A stretch of 62,707 nt of DNA, counting the filler, from Pseudomonadota bacterium (GTDB lineage: Bacteria; Bdellovibrionota_F; JAHFAK01; JBDREC01): the NCBI GenBank assembly GCA_043820105.1. It is 4 parts of 4 records of this genome, joined end to end, with 100 filler letters (N's around TTAATTAATTAA, not from the genome) between each part and the next. Parts side by side here need not be neighbours in the genome. Positions count along the whole stretch, not along the records: positions 6,527 to 36,822 come from JBDREC010000080.1; 3 more parts are not named here. One strand, 5' to 3'. The translations under genes and the position numbers were made by a program. The stretch's first letter is position 1. The number at the start of each line of letters is the position of its first letter. The notes beneath the pieces were generated by a model. It made no database searches, was not told where the DNA came from, and saw only the letters and a program-made list of their open reading frames with translations. Below, piece by piece: positions 19,252-27,637 of this stretch.

Positions 19252-20388
19252 ATGAGGATTATATTTGTGAGTAATGAATGCTTAATTAGTGATAAATTGT
19301 CGCTTTCAAAAAATGTAGAGATAGTTTACGAGGGGAATAATCTCATTAGTGTAATGCAGTCTGACTTATCAATAATTGAAACTTATAAATGTAATGTTTT
19401 AGTAAAAGAAATATTTAAACTATTACATGATAATGATGAAACTTTAGATAATTTATTTGTTAAGCTCGAGGTTAAAAATGATAGTCTTAAAAAAGAAATT
19501 ATTAAATTCTTATTTGAATTAGAAAAGAAAAATATAATTGAAAATAAAACAAAATTAGAAAGAACAAGACCCGCTGAGATAAACAGAAGTATATTGGAAA
19601 GATATTCATCTCAGTTTTCATTCTTTTCTTCATTTGAAAAGAATAAAAAGTCTCGTTTTGATTTTCAAAAAGATCTTATTCAATCAAAAATACTTATCTT
19701 AGGTATAGGGGGAATAGGTTCAATAGTGTTTGAAGGTCTTCTGAGGAGCGGAGTAAATAATTTTATTTTATATGATTATGATAAAGTTGAAGTTAGTAAT
19801 CTTAATCGACAGATTGTTTATACTTATGACGATATAGGAAAATATAAGGTTGATGTAGCCATAGAGCGAGCAAAAAAAATAAATTCTGATTGTAGAATTA
19901 AAGCTAATAAAATAAAAATCGATAGGACTATTTCTATAGAAACCGTTATTAAAGATTCTAGTCTAGTAATTGTTTGCTGCGATGAACCTAATATTGAAGA
20001 CATCGTGGACATTGTAAATCCAGCCTGTGTTAAATACCAAAAATCATTTATTGTTGGGGGAGGGTATTCTGCACATATAGGGTCACTTCCGATAACGATA
20101 ATACCTAAAAGATCGATATGTTGGAATTGCTATAAAAACTTTATATATAGGAACAATACAATAAAGTCAAAATATTATAAATTCAAGAACACTACATTGG
20201 GAAGCAGTATTATGCCCACAGCTGGTATAATAGCAAATTATACGATTATTGAAGCAATAAAGGTGATAACAGGATATTCTAAACCTAACTTTACTAATGT
20301 GGTTAGTGAATTAAGTTTTACTGATATGAAGGTAGAGAAAATATCAATATCACCTGATAAAAAATGCCAAAGTTGTAGGAATTTTTAA
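19252..20388 (+). CDS. ThiF/E1-like adenylyltransferase with N-terminal RRE-like extension (MccB/PaaA-like architecture)
   Basis: GIGGIG, DYDKVEVSNLNRQ, CWNC and CQSC Zn ligands; ~110-aa N-terminal extension ending RYSSQ. Confidence 0.9.
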   Translation: MRIIFVSNECLISDKLSLSKNVEIVYEGNNLISVMQSDLSIIETYKCNVLVKEIFKLLHDNDETLDNLFVKLEVKNDSLKKEIIKFLFELEKKNIIENKTKLERTRPAEINRSILERYSSQFSFFSSFEKNKKSRFDFQKDLIQSKILILGIGGIGSIVFEGLLRSGVNNFILYDYDKVEVSNLNRQIVYTYDDIGKYKVDVAIERAKKINSDCRIKANKIKIDRTISIETVIKDSSLVIVCCDEPNIEDIVDIVNPACVKYQKSFIVGGGYSAHIGSLPITIIPKRSICWNCYKNFIYRNNTIKSKYYKFKNTTLGSSIMPTAGIIANYTIIEAIKVITGYSKPNFTNVVSELSFTDMKVEKISISPDKKCQSCRNF

Positions 20389-21809
20389 TGTTAAGAATAT
20401 TGAGTGTCATATTTTTAATCTGTTTTAGTTTATGTACTTGTACTAATAAAAATAAAGATATTAAAAAAGAAATAATATCTATTGAGCTGTTGTCACTTGC
20501 ATATAATTATGATGTGAGTGGATTGCTAACTTATTCCGCATTATCTGTTATTAATGATACTAGTGCACACTTATTTAGCTTAGAAAAAGACTTAACAATT
20601 CGAGGTAATTTAGCAAAACATTATTTAGTTAATGACACTTATACTAAGTATAAAATATTATTAGATAAAAAATATCTTTCTCTTAGAGGAGATTCTTTAA
20701 CTAGTGAAGATGTTGTATTCTCTTTTACATACTTGTGCAAATATTCATCATATATAAGAGGATTATTATCTTCAGTTAAGGGTGTAAGTTCATGTAAAAA
20801 AGAAAAATGTGAAATTGGAATTAGGGAAGTGGATCAATATCAAGTAGAATTTGAACTTGATAGTCCGGATCCTAATTTTATAAAAAAATTATCCTCCCCA
20901 TTTTTTATTATTTTTAAAAAGGGGAAGTCTTATTATGAAAAAATAGGGAAATGTAAGATACCATATCAAACGGGTCTAGGGAATTTAGCTGACTGCAAGG
21001 ATGGTTTTTTACAGGTTGTTTTCAAGGAAAAAGTGGTTAATATCTATGATTCACAGGCGAAGTTCGATCTTAGGACAAAATTTGATGGCAAATTATTAGA
21101 TGAAAATCCAGGAAAGACTTTCTCACCTTCTCTCATAGTGCTTTCTTTAGCTGCAAATCCAAAATCAAACCTTTCAAGAGAAGTTAGGTTAGCTGTTCTG
21201 GATAGTGCAACTAGATCTAGGGCCATTTTGTCAGAAATGATTAAATTAAAAGTATCCTATACATTTGTTTCCGAATGGTTTATGGCCAAAAAATATAAAA
21301 TTAAAAAACATAATCAGAAATTACCTTATATCGATAAAAAACTTTGTCCATCTCGACCAATGAAGTTTATCATAGATAAATCATTGCCCGAAAGAAATAA
21401 TCTAAGAAAATGGTTAAAACAACTATCGCCTTGTGAAATAGAAATAATTGAGTATCAAACAGAAAGGGTAGTTTATGAATATGCAGATTCTGATTTTGGT
21501 TTTTTATGGGTAACTCCAGATTATTTAGATTATTACAATATTTATTCAATTTTTGATTGTGAAGAAAATATTTGTTTTTTTAATTGGCAAGATAATCAAT
21601 TGCAAACACTATTGAATAAAATAAAATCCGCTGATTTATCGGAGGAGAAAAAAGCCTTAATATCACAGAACATTGAAGAGCATTTAATTAATAATGGATA
21701 TGTAGCTCCTCTCCTACAGTTAAATACATGGATGAAAATTAATAATGCAATCTTACCTGTTCATCCTGCTGGATTAGCACAACTTAAAATAAGTGATTTC
21801 ATTTTATGA
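20388..21809 (+). CDS. Family-5 (peptide/nickel-type) solute-binding protein, probable lipoprotein
   Basis: Signal peptide with Cys; GNLAK, LTSEDVVFSF, VEFELDSPDPNF motifs; no permease adjacent. Confidence 0.7.
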   Translation: MLRILSVIFLICFSLCTCTNKNKDIKKEIISIELLSLAYNYDVSGLLTYSALSVINDTSAHLFSLEKDLTIRGNLAKHYLVNDTYTKYKILLDKKYLSLRGDSLTSEDVVFSFTYLCKYSSYIRGLLSSVKGVSSCKKEKCEIGIREVDQYQVEFELDSPDPNFIKKLSSPFFIIFKKGKSYYEKIGKCKIPYQTGLGNLADCKDGFLQVVFKEKVVNIYDSQAKFDLRTKFDGKLLDENPGKTFSPSLIVLSLAANPKSNLSREVRLAVLDSATRSRAILSEMIKLKVSYTFVSEWFMAKKYKIKKHNQKLPYIDKKLCPSRPMKFIIDKSLPERNNLRKWLKQLSPCEIEIIEYQTERVVYEYADSDFGFLWVTPDYLDYYNIYSIFDCEENICFFNWQDNQLQTLLNKIKSADLSEEKKALISQNIEEHLINNGYVAPLLQLNTWMKINNAILPVHPAGLAQLKISDFIL

Positions 21810-24364
21810 AGAAGTCAATAGTAAGGATGCTGGGAAGAAATTTATTTAAATCACTATTTGTTTTATTTATATTGGCATGTATTTCTTTATGTGGCGTGAT
21901 TTTTATTATAAATATTATTGAGCAAAATAAGGCGGAAAATGCAATTTCAAATTCTGTATTTTATGCATTGCAAGAACCGGTTAGAAACTCAGATCTAATT
22001 TCAATCATAAGGATTATTAAAAGTTATCAGAAAGCAAATTATTTTGCAAGATTTTGTATTAATTTAAATGGGGGAACCGAATTAATTCAAGAAAAAGAAT
22101 GTAGTATATTAAAAAAAAGAATCTATAAAGTACCCTTATCAGATAAAAATATTTTAATTGCTATAAAAGCAAAATCAACATGGCAGTTATGGTATGTTGT
22201 TATTTTTGTTTCTTTAATGTCTTTCATCCTATTATTGATTATTTTGAAAATTTATAAAACTGGTAATGAAATTGCATCTGAAATAAAAATATTAGGAACT
22301 GATATTGAATTTAATAATTTTCAATATTATGAAACATTTATTACTCAAAGAAAAATAATTAAAATTAAAGAAGAACTAAAACAAAAATCCCGTCTAGCCT
22401 CCGTCGGCCAAACCGCGGCCATGATCGCGCATGATGTTCGAAAGCCTTTTACTAGTCTTGAAGTTTTATTGGGTTTGATTCCGGCGCGAAAAAATGATGA
22501 TGAATTTATGAAAAAGGCGATGAATGATATTCGAGGGCAGCGAAAGCAGGTTTCTGATATGCTTAATGATATTTTGGAATTTACGGGTAAGAAAGAAGCT
22601 AACATTGAAAAATGCAATCCAGCGACGATTATTTCTTCTGCGATTTTTGAAACTAGGGCAAGCTTTAATGATACTTTTGTTGAATTTATTTATGATTTGA
22701 AGCATACGGGGTATTATAATATTGATATTTATAAGGTCACTCGTGTTTTTACGAATATAATTGGCAATGCTGTTGAAGCAATGAAAGGCGTACAGTGTAA
22801 AGCATACAGCGTACGGCGTGAAGATGAAGATATTAATGAGATTTGGTTTAAGACTTGTGATGGTGAGATAGAAGGCAAAAAGTTTATTCAAACTACTATT
22901 GGAAATTCAGGTAGTTTTATTAGCAATGAAGATAAAAAAAGACTTTTTGAAGCTTATTTTACCAAAAATAAAAAGGGTGGAACAGGGCTTGGCCTGGCGA
23001 TTTGTAAAAAGGTTATAATGGATCATGGTGGTAGCATTCAAATCAATTCGGACAAGGAATCAGGAACTGAGTTTGTTTTTACTCTTCCTTATCTTGATGG
23101 GGATGAATCGCTTGTTAATTTAAACTTAATAAAAAATTCAACACAGATTTTAGATCAAAATGAAACTCATGATTCAATAGATACTCAAGACATGCTTTCA
23201 AGTATCAATGATATTAACAAAAAACTTGGAAGAAAGCTTCGGCTTCTTGTATTAGATGATGAACCCTTGTTCAGACTTTCTTTGAGAAATCTTATAATAA
23301 AAAGTGAAGAACTGTCTCCTGTTCTTGATATCAGTGAGCATGAATCCCCTGAAAGTGTATTGGAATATCTTAAAGAAACAGAAGTTGATTATGCTATACT
23401 TGATATTGATCTCGGAGTCAAAAAAATGAATGGCTTAGAGCTTTGTAAGATTATTAGCGATAAATATCCATCAATTAAAATGATTATCCATTCAAATAAA
23501 AATAAAACTGAGAATGAGAAACAGGCGAAAAAAGCAGGAGCACTTGAATTTGTTCCAAAACCAATGACAGTGGTAAGCTTATTGAGCTTTTTGAGTTTGT
23601 CGATTTTAGATAATAGATCTTTGGAATTTGGAACTCAGAGCACAGAACTCAGAAATCAGCATAAAGATAAAAGAAAAGGTGATTTGAAAATTCTTGTTGT
23701 TGATGATGAATTTATCATAAGTATGGGACATAAGATATTAATTAATGATTATTTTAAAAAACGTAATTTTGTAAAATCAGAAGCTGAAATAATTAAATAT
23801 GAAATATTAACTGCTACAGATCCTGAGATGGCTTTGGAAATATTGAAAAGTGAAAAAATTGATATTATTCTTAGTGATTTTTATTTTGATGGAAAATCAA
23901 TGAATGGAACCGGCCTTGTGAGTGAAGCTAGTAAGCTTGATCCTAAAATAAGATGTTTTGTTATTTCTAATTCTTTAGGTGATGCATGTAAACAGGAAGT
24001 TTTCAAAGCAGGTGCAAAAGAATATTTTCAGGCTCCCTTGACTTGTGAGATGCTTGATAAAATGTTTTGTTTTTTAAATGGCCAAACTTCATCTTTTGAT
24101 AATAATTTTCAAAGATTTAATTATAGCAAAAGTAAAATAGATTCAGATGAATTAATTAGCCAAACAGATGATAAATTTAAAAAGCTTTCTCAATTATCGG
24201 ATAAATTACACCATGATATTAATAAACCGTATTCAATGGCCGTTTTAACAGTAAATGAAATCAAGAAATTAACGGATGATGAAAAAATCATAAAACTAAT
24301 TGAAGATAATATTATTAAGTCGCTTGATGACTTGAGAGAGTTTAATGATAATTTAAAATGCTGA
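21806..24364 (+). CDS. Membrane hybrid histidine kinase (2 TM, HisKA, HATPase, two receiver domains)
   Basis: AHDVRKP H-box, NAVEA, GGTGLGL; LVLDDE and LVVDDE receivers. Confidence 0.93.
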   Translation: MKKSIVRMLGRNLFKSLFVLFILACISLCGVIFIINIIEQNKAENAISNSVFYALQEPVRNSDLISIIRIIKSYQKANYFARFCINLNGGTELIQEKECSILKKRIYKVPLSDKNILIAIKAKSTWQLWYVVIFVSLMSFILLLIILKIYKTGNEIASEIKILGTDIEFNNFQYYETFITQRKIIKIKEELKQKSRLASVGQTAAMIAHDVRKPFTSLEVLLGLIPARKNDDEFMKKAMNDIRGQRKQVSDMLNDILEFTGKKEANIEKCNPATIISSAIFETRASFNDTFVEFIYDLKHTGYYNIDIYKVTRVFTNIIGNAVEAMKGVQCKAYSVRREDEDINEIWFKTCDGEIEGKKFIQTTIGNSGSFISNEDKKRLFEAYFTKNKKGGTGLGLAICKKVIMDHGGSIQINSDKESGTEFVFTLPYLDGDESLVNLNLIKNSTQILDQNETHDSIDTQDMLSSINDINKKLGRKLRLLVLDDEPLFRLSLRNLIIKSEELSPVLDISEHESPESVLEYLKETEVDYAILDIDLGVKKMNGLELCKIISDKYPSIKMIIHSNKNKTENEKQAKKAGALEFVPKPMTVVSLLSFLSLSILDNRSLEFGTQSTELRNQHKDKRKGDLKILVVDDEFIISMGHKILINDYFKKRNFVKSEAEIIKYEILTATDPEMALEILKSEKIDIILSDFYFDGKSMNGTGLVSEASKLDPKIRCFVISNSLGDACKQEVFKAGAKEYFQAPLTCEMLDKMFCFLNGQTSSFDNNFQRFNYSKSKIDSDELISQTDDKFKKLSQLSDKLHHDINKPYSMAVLTVNEIKKLTDDEKIIKLIEDNIIKSLDDLREFNDNLKC

Positions 24365-24422
24365 ATTCAGAAATTTGAATTAACATAAAATTATGCCTGC
24401 GATTTTGTTAAGGGAGGCCAAA

Positions 24423-25874
24423 ATGAAGAAATATAAGCTTATTATTATTGAAGATGATTCTTTGCAAAGGACCTATGCACAGGAAATATTGGAAAATGAA
24501 TTTGAGCTATATTTTTCTCAAGAAATAAATGAGATTGTAAGAAATATTGATGAAAATAATATAGATCTTGCACTTATTGATATTGATCTTGGAGCTGATT
24601 ATACAGGCATTGATATTTTGAACTTAATAAAATCAAAATGCCCTAATTGTGTATGTATTATGGTTACTTCAAGTTCATTATTGTCTGTTGTTAGAGAGTC
24701 AATTAAGCAAGGAGCCGCTTGTTATCTAAAAAAACCATACACACAAGATGAACTAAATATTCAAATTCAAATAGGCATTATAATTCGAGAAAAAAATAAA
24801 GAATCTTTAATTAAAGATGAAATTATCAAAGTAAATCGTAATGCCCACCTAAATAAAATAATTGGGGAAAGCAAAGCAATAAAACAAATAAAAGAACAAA
24901 TAAATGAAGTATCCCAATATCATAATGCCACTATTTTGATAACAGGTGAGTCAGGAACCGGAAAAGAGCTTGTAGCCAGGGCCATACATGAAACTTTAAA
25001 ATCAAGCTCTCGACCATTTGTTCCAGTTAATTGTGCTGCAATTCCAGCAGAGCTTTTAGAAAGTGAATTATTTGGCCACGAAAAGGGTTCATTTACTGGA
25101 GCCTGTGATCGAAAAATTGGTTGTGTAGAACTGGCATCTGGAGGTGATCTTTTCCTTGATGAGATAGGAGAGTTGTCTTTAAGTGCACAGGCAAAACTAT
25201 TAAGAGTTATTCAGGAAAGAGAGTTTACAAGAGTAGGGGGATTAAAACCGATAAAGTCTAATTTTAGACTCATTTCCGCAACAAATAGAGATCTCAAAAA
25301 ATTAAAAGAAGAGGGAAAATTTCGAAATGATCTTTATTTCAGAATATTTGGTTATCCAATCCACATTCCACCCCTTAGGGAAAGACTTGAAGATATTCCA
25401 TTCCTTCTTGAGCACTTTATTGCAAAACAATCGTCAAGGCTTGGAAAAAAACTATGCGGATTTGATAATGATCTAATTAATCTATTTTCTTCTATGAATT
25501 GGGAAGGAAATGTAAGAGCTTTAAAAAACCTTATTGAAATAATGGCGATTAAGGCTAAATCTGAAAGGCTTAGTACAGTAGATTTGGATATGTTACAGTA
25601 TTGTGGAAATGAAAAATCCGAAAAACATAATTTCTCTAATTGTTCTATCGACAGAAATTTCTATGATAATCTGAAAGAAAACGGCTTGTTTGATACACTA
25701 AAAATTATTGAAAAAAATATAATTAAAGATATGTTAATGAAGTCACGAAATCAATCAAACGCAGCTGAAGCTCTGAAAATCCGAGCAACAACCTTATCAG
25801 AAAAGATCAAAAAATATAAAATTGATGTTAGGGAATTAAAGCCAAAGAAACCTGGAAATAAAGGCTCGTCTTGA
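24423..25874 (+). CDS. NtrC-family sigma-54-dependent response regulator
   Basis: REC domain, GESGTGKE, ESELFGHEKGSFTGA, FLDEIGE, C-terminal HTH; ATG 24423 follows GGGAGG. Confidence 0.95.
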   Translation: MKKYKLIIIEDDSLQRTYAQEILENEFELYFSQEINEIVRNIDENNIDLALIDIDLGADYTGIDILNLIKSKCPNCVCIMVTSSSLLSVVRESIKQGAACYLKKPYTQDELNIQIQIGIIIREKNKESLIKDEIIKVNRNAHLNKIIGESKAIKQIKEQINEVSQYHNATILITGESGTGKELVARAIHETLKSSSRPFVPVNCAAIPAELLESELFGHEKGSFTGACDRKIGCVELASGGDLFLDEIGELSLSAQAKLLRVIQEREFTRVGGLKPIKSNFRLISATNRDLKKLKEEGKFRNDLYFRIFGYPIHIPPLRERLEDIPFLLEHFIAKQSSRLGKKLCGFDNDLINLFSSMNWEGNVRALKNLIEIMAIKAKSERLSTVDLDMLQYCGNEKSEKHNFSNCSIDRNFYDNLKENGLFDTLKIIEKNIIKDMLMKSRNQSNAAEALKIRATTLSEKIKKYKIDVRELKPKKPGNKGSS

Positions 25875-25883
25875 TTATTTTTA

Positions 25884-25899
25884 TGGCACCAATATTGCA
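25884..25899 (+). promoter_or_regulatory. Consensus sigma-54 promoter
   Basis: TGGCAC-CAATA-TTGCA. Confidence 0.85.
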
Positions 25900-25965
25900 G
25901 ATAATCATGCTTAATTGGTATAAACAAGGATTTTCATTCAAATCCTATATTTGGGGGCATTTTAA

Positions 25966-27228
25966 GTGAAACGTATAAAATCAAAAAAATATCTTATCAA
26001 TAATCTATTTCTTCTTTATCTTTTATCAAATCTTATTAGTGCAAATGCATACAGCAATTGTCTAAATCTTTTTGATAATGTAAGTGAATCAAATGAATTA
26101 ATAGACTTAGTAAGGAACTTAAGTTCAAATGCTGTAAATGAAAAAGGTGAAAGGGCTTTTGAAGTAGAATATCTTGATGATCTAATGCTTGAAAGACAAA
26201 TATCATCTCTCCCTCGTTTTATTCAAAGTGATCCAACTTTTGATAAAAAAACAAGTCCAATTGTTATTGATGTTGCAAATTTAGAAAGTGATAGGGCTCA
26301 AAGAATTTATCAAATGTCAAAAGATGTTGCTATAGCTTTAAATGAAATTTTTACGGAAAATAAAAATCCATTAATTATTTGGATGCTTGATAAGCCAAGT
26401 TGGTCTGATTTATTTGATATGCCCTATGCAATTAGTTCAGGTTTTGGAAGTGTTACGTATTATATTAAAGATATGAGCAGCATATTTTTAGGAAGAAGTG
26501 GAGATCCACATGCTTATCAGGCACATTATTCCTATATCAAATATTTTTTACGAGATACTGGAAACAAGCATCTTGAAAAAATTAAAAAAGCTTTTGGTCT
26601 TAAGAGTGTTGACGAGCTTGATCAATTTTTAATGGGTATAGAGTCAGATATTTTATTTAAATTTAGACATATTCAAGCCTTGCCTCATGAAATAGGTCAC
26701 CACTATTTATGGGGAAGTGGAATTAGAGACAGAATAAGTGATACTGTGACTGAGATCTTAGCTGAACTTATATCAAAATCTGTTGATTTTAATGGTTTCA
26801 ATAAAGATAGAAAAGCTTCGGATCCTGATTACGAAAAAGGCTTTGATTTATTAGATGAAGTTGTTTTTCAGATATTTGATGGAAAAATTCATTTAGAAGC
26901 TAAAAAATATCTTTTAAAACATCCTGAATCGGATCTTTCTGATTTAATAAATGGTGCCAAGTTTTGGTATAATCAAATAGTAAGTAAAGAATTTGCTCAA
27001 AAATATTCACAGATTCCTGGTTTTACTCAAAAGCTTTTTGAAAAGCTACTTGCCTTTGAAGGCCAAATCACTGATCAAATCTTTGTATTTTTTGTAGCTG
27101 AAACATTAAGCCAGACAAGTGGCGAGAAATGGACAGTTCAAAAACTAATCGAATCAAATATTATTATGGAAGCTCTGTTTCTCGATATTGATATAGAATT
27201 ATTAAAACAAATCCTAAGAAAATCCTAA
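25966..27228 (+). CDS. Exported protein with HExxH motif, putative zinc metallopeptidase
   Basis: Signal peptide ending ANA; LPHEIGHH followed by TEILAE (gluzincin-like third ligand). Confidence 0.55.
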   Translation: MKRIKSKKYLINNLFLLYLLSNLISANAYSNCLNLFDNVSESNELIDLVRNLSSNAVNEKGERAFEVEYLDDLMLERQISSLPRFIQSDPTFDKKTSPIVIDVANLESDRAQRIYQMSKDVAIALNEIFTENKNPLIIWMLDKPSWSDLFDMPYAISSGFGSVTYYIKDMSSIFLGRSGDPHAYQAHYSYIKYFLRDTGNKHLEKIKKAFGLKSVDELDQFLMGIESDILFKFRHIQALPHEIGHHYLWGSGIRDRISDTVTEILAELISKSVDFNGFNKDRKASDPDYEKGFDLLDEVVFQIFDGKIHLEAKKYLLKHPESDLSDLINGAKFWYNQIVSKEFAQKYSQIPGFTQKLFEKLLAFEGQITDQIFVFFVAETLSQTSGEKWTVQKLIESNIIMEALFLDIDIELLKQILRKS

Positions 27229-27231
27229 AAA

Positions 27232-27272
27232 GTGGGTGGCACATTTTTGATCGTTTCTTGGACGCCACATTT
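27232..27272 (+). repeat. 41-bp REP-like repeat, copy B
   Basis: GTGGGTGGCACATTTTTGATCGTTTCTTGGACGCCACATTT. Confidence 0.9.
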
Positions 27273-27413
27273 TATTTTACTATTTTTTATTGCGACCAAA
27301 TGTTCTCAAAAAAACCCATAAATAATGGCAAAATTGCGACTTTAAGTACAAGGCTTATGAGCTTGGTTTCGTGTAAGTTGCTGAAATGAAATATGAAAGG
27401 TGCAAGTCCGTCT

Positions 27414-27429
27414 TGGCACACCTTGTGCA
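27414..27429 (+). promoter_or_regulatory. Sigma-54 promoter with no downstream + strand CDS
   Basis: TGGCAC-ACCTT-GTGCA; IHF-like TAAGTTGCTGAAA at 27374-27386. Confidence 0.75.
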
Positions 27430-27439
27430 ATAGCATATT

Positions 27440-27512
27440 AATAGCTTTTTCATATTCCTCCTCCTTGAAAAAGATATATTTTAAGCCAGTTGAGAAATCA
27501 ACTGGCTTTTTT
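27440..27512 (+). ncRNA. Putative ~73-nt sigma-54-dependent sRNA with anti-SD loop
   Basis: Promoter, then stem CTTTTTCA/TGAAAAAG with loop TATTCCTCCTCCT, then terminator. Confidence 0.6.
27483..27512 (+). terminator. Intrinsic terminator
   Basis: AAGCCAGTTGA-GAAA-TCAACTGGCTT followed by T-tract. Confidence 0.88.
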
Positions 27513-27578
27513 GTTTTATATTCAATGTAAAATCTGACAATAGGACACTGTTTATTAAAATCATTTTTTTGTTATAAA

Positions 27579-27619
27579 GTGGGTGGCAGATTTTTGCTAG
27601 TTTCTTGGACGCCACATTT
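27579..27619 (+). repeat. 41-bp REP-like repeat, copy C
   Basis: GTGGGTGGCAGATTTTTGCTAGTTTCTTGGACGCCACATTT. Confidence 0.9.
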
Positions 27620-27637
27620 CATTATTTCAACTAATTA

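Noticed and set aside
19058-20388. Canonical microcin C cluster or housekeeping thiF/moeB
   Set aside because: Peptide does not end in Asn, no MccC-like exporter, and no ThiS/MoaD sulfur carrier or thiamine/Moco genes nearby.
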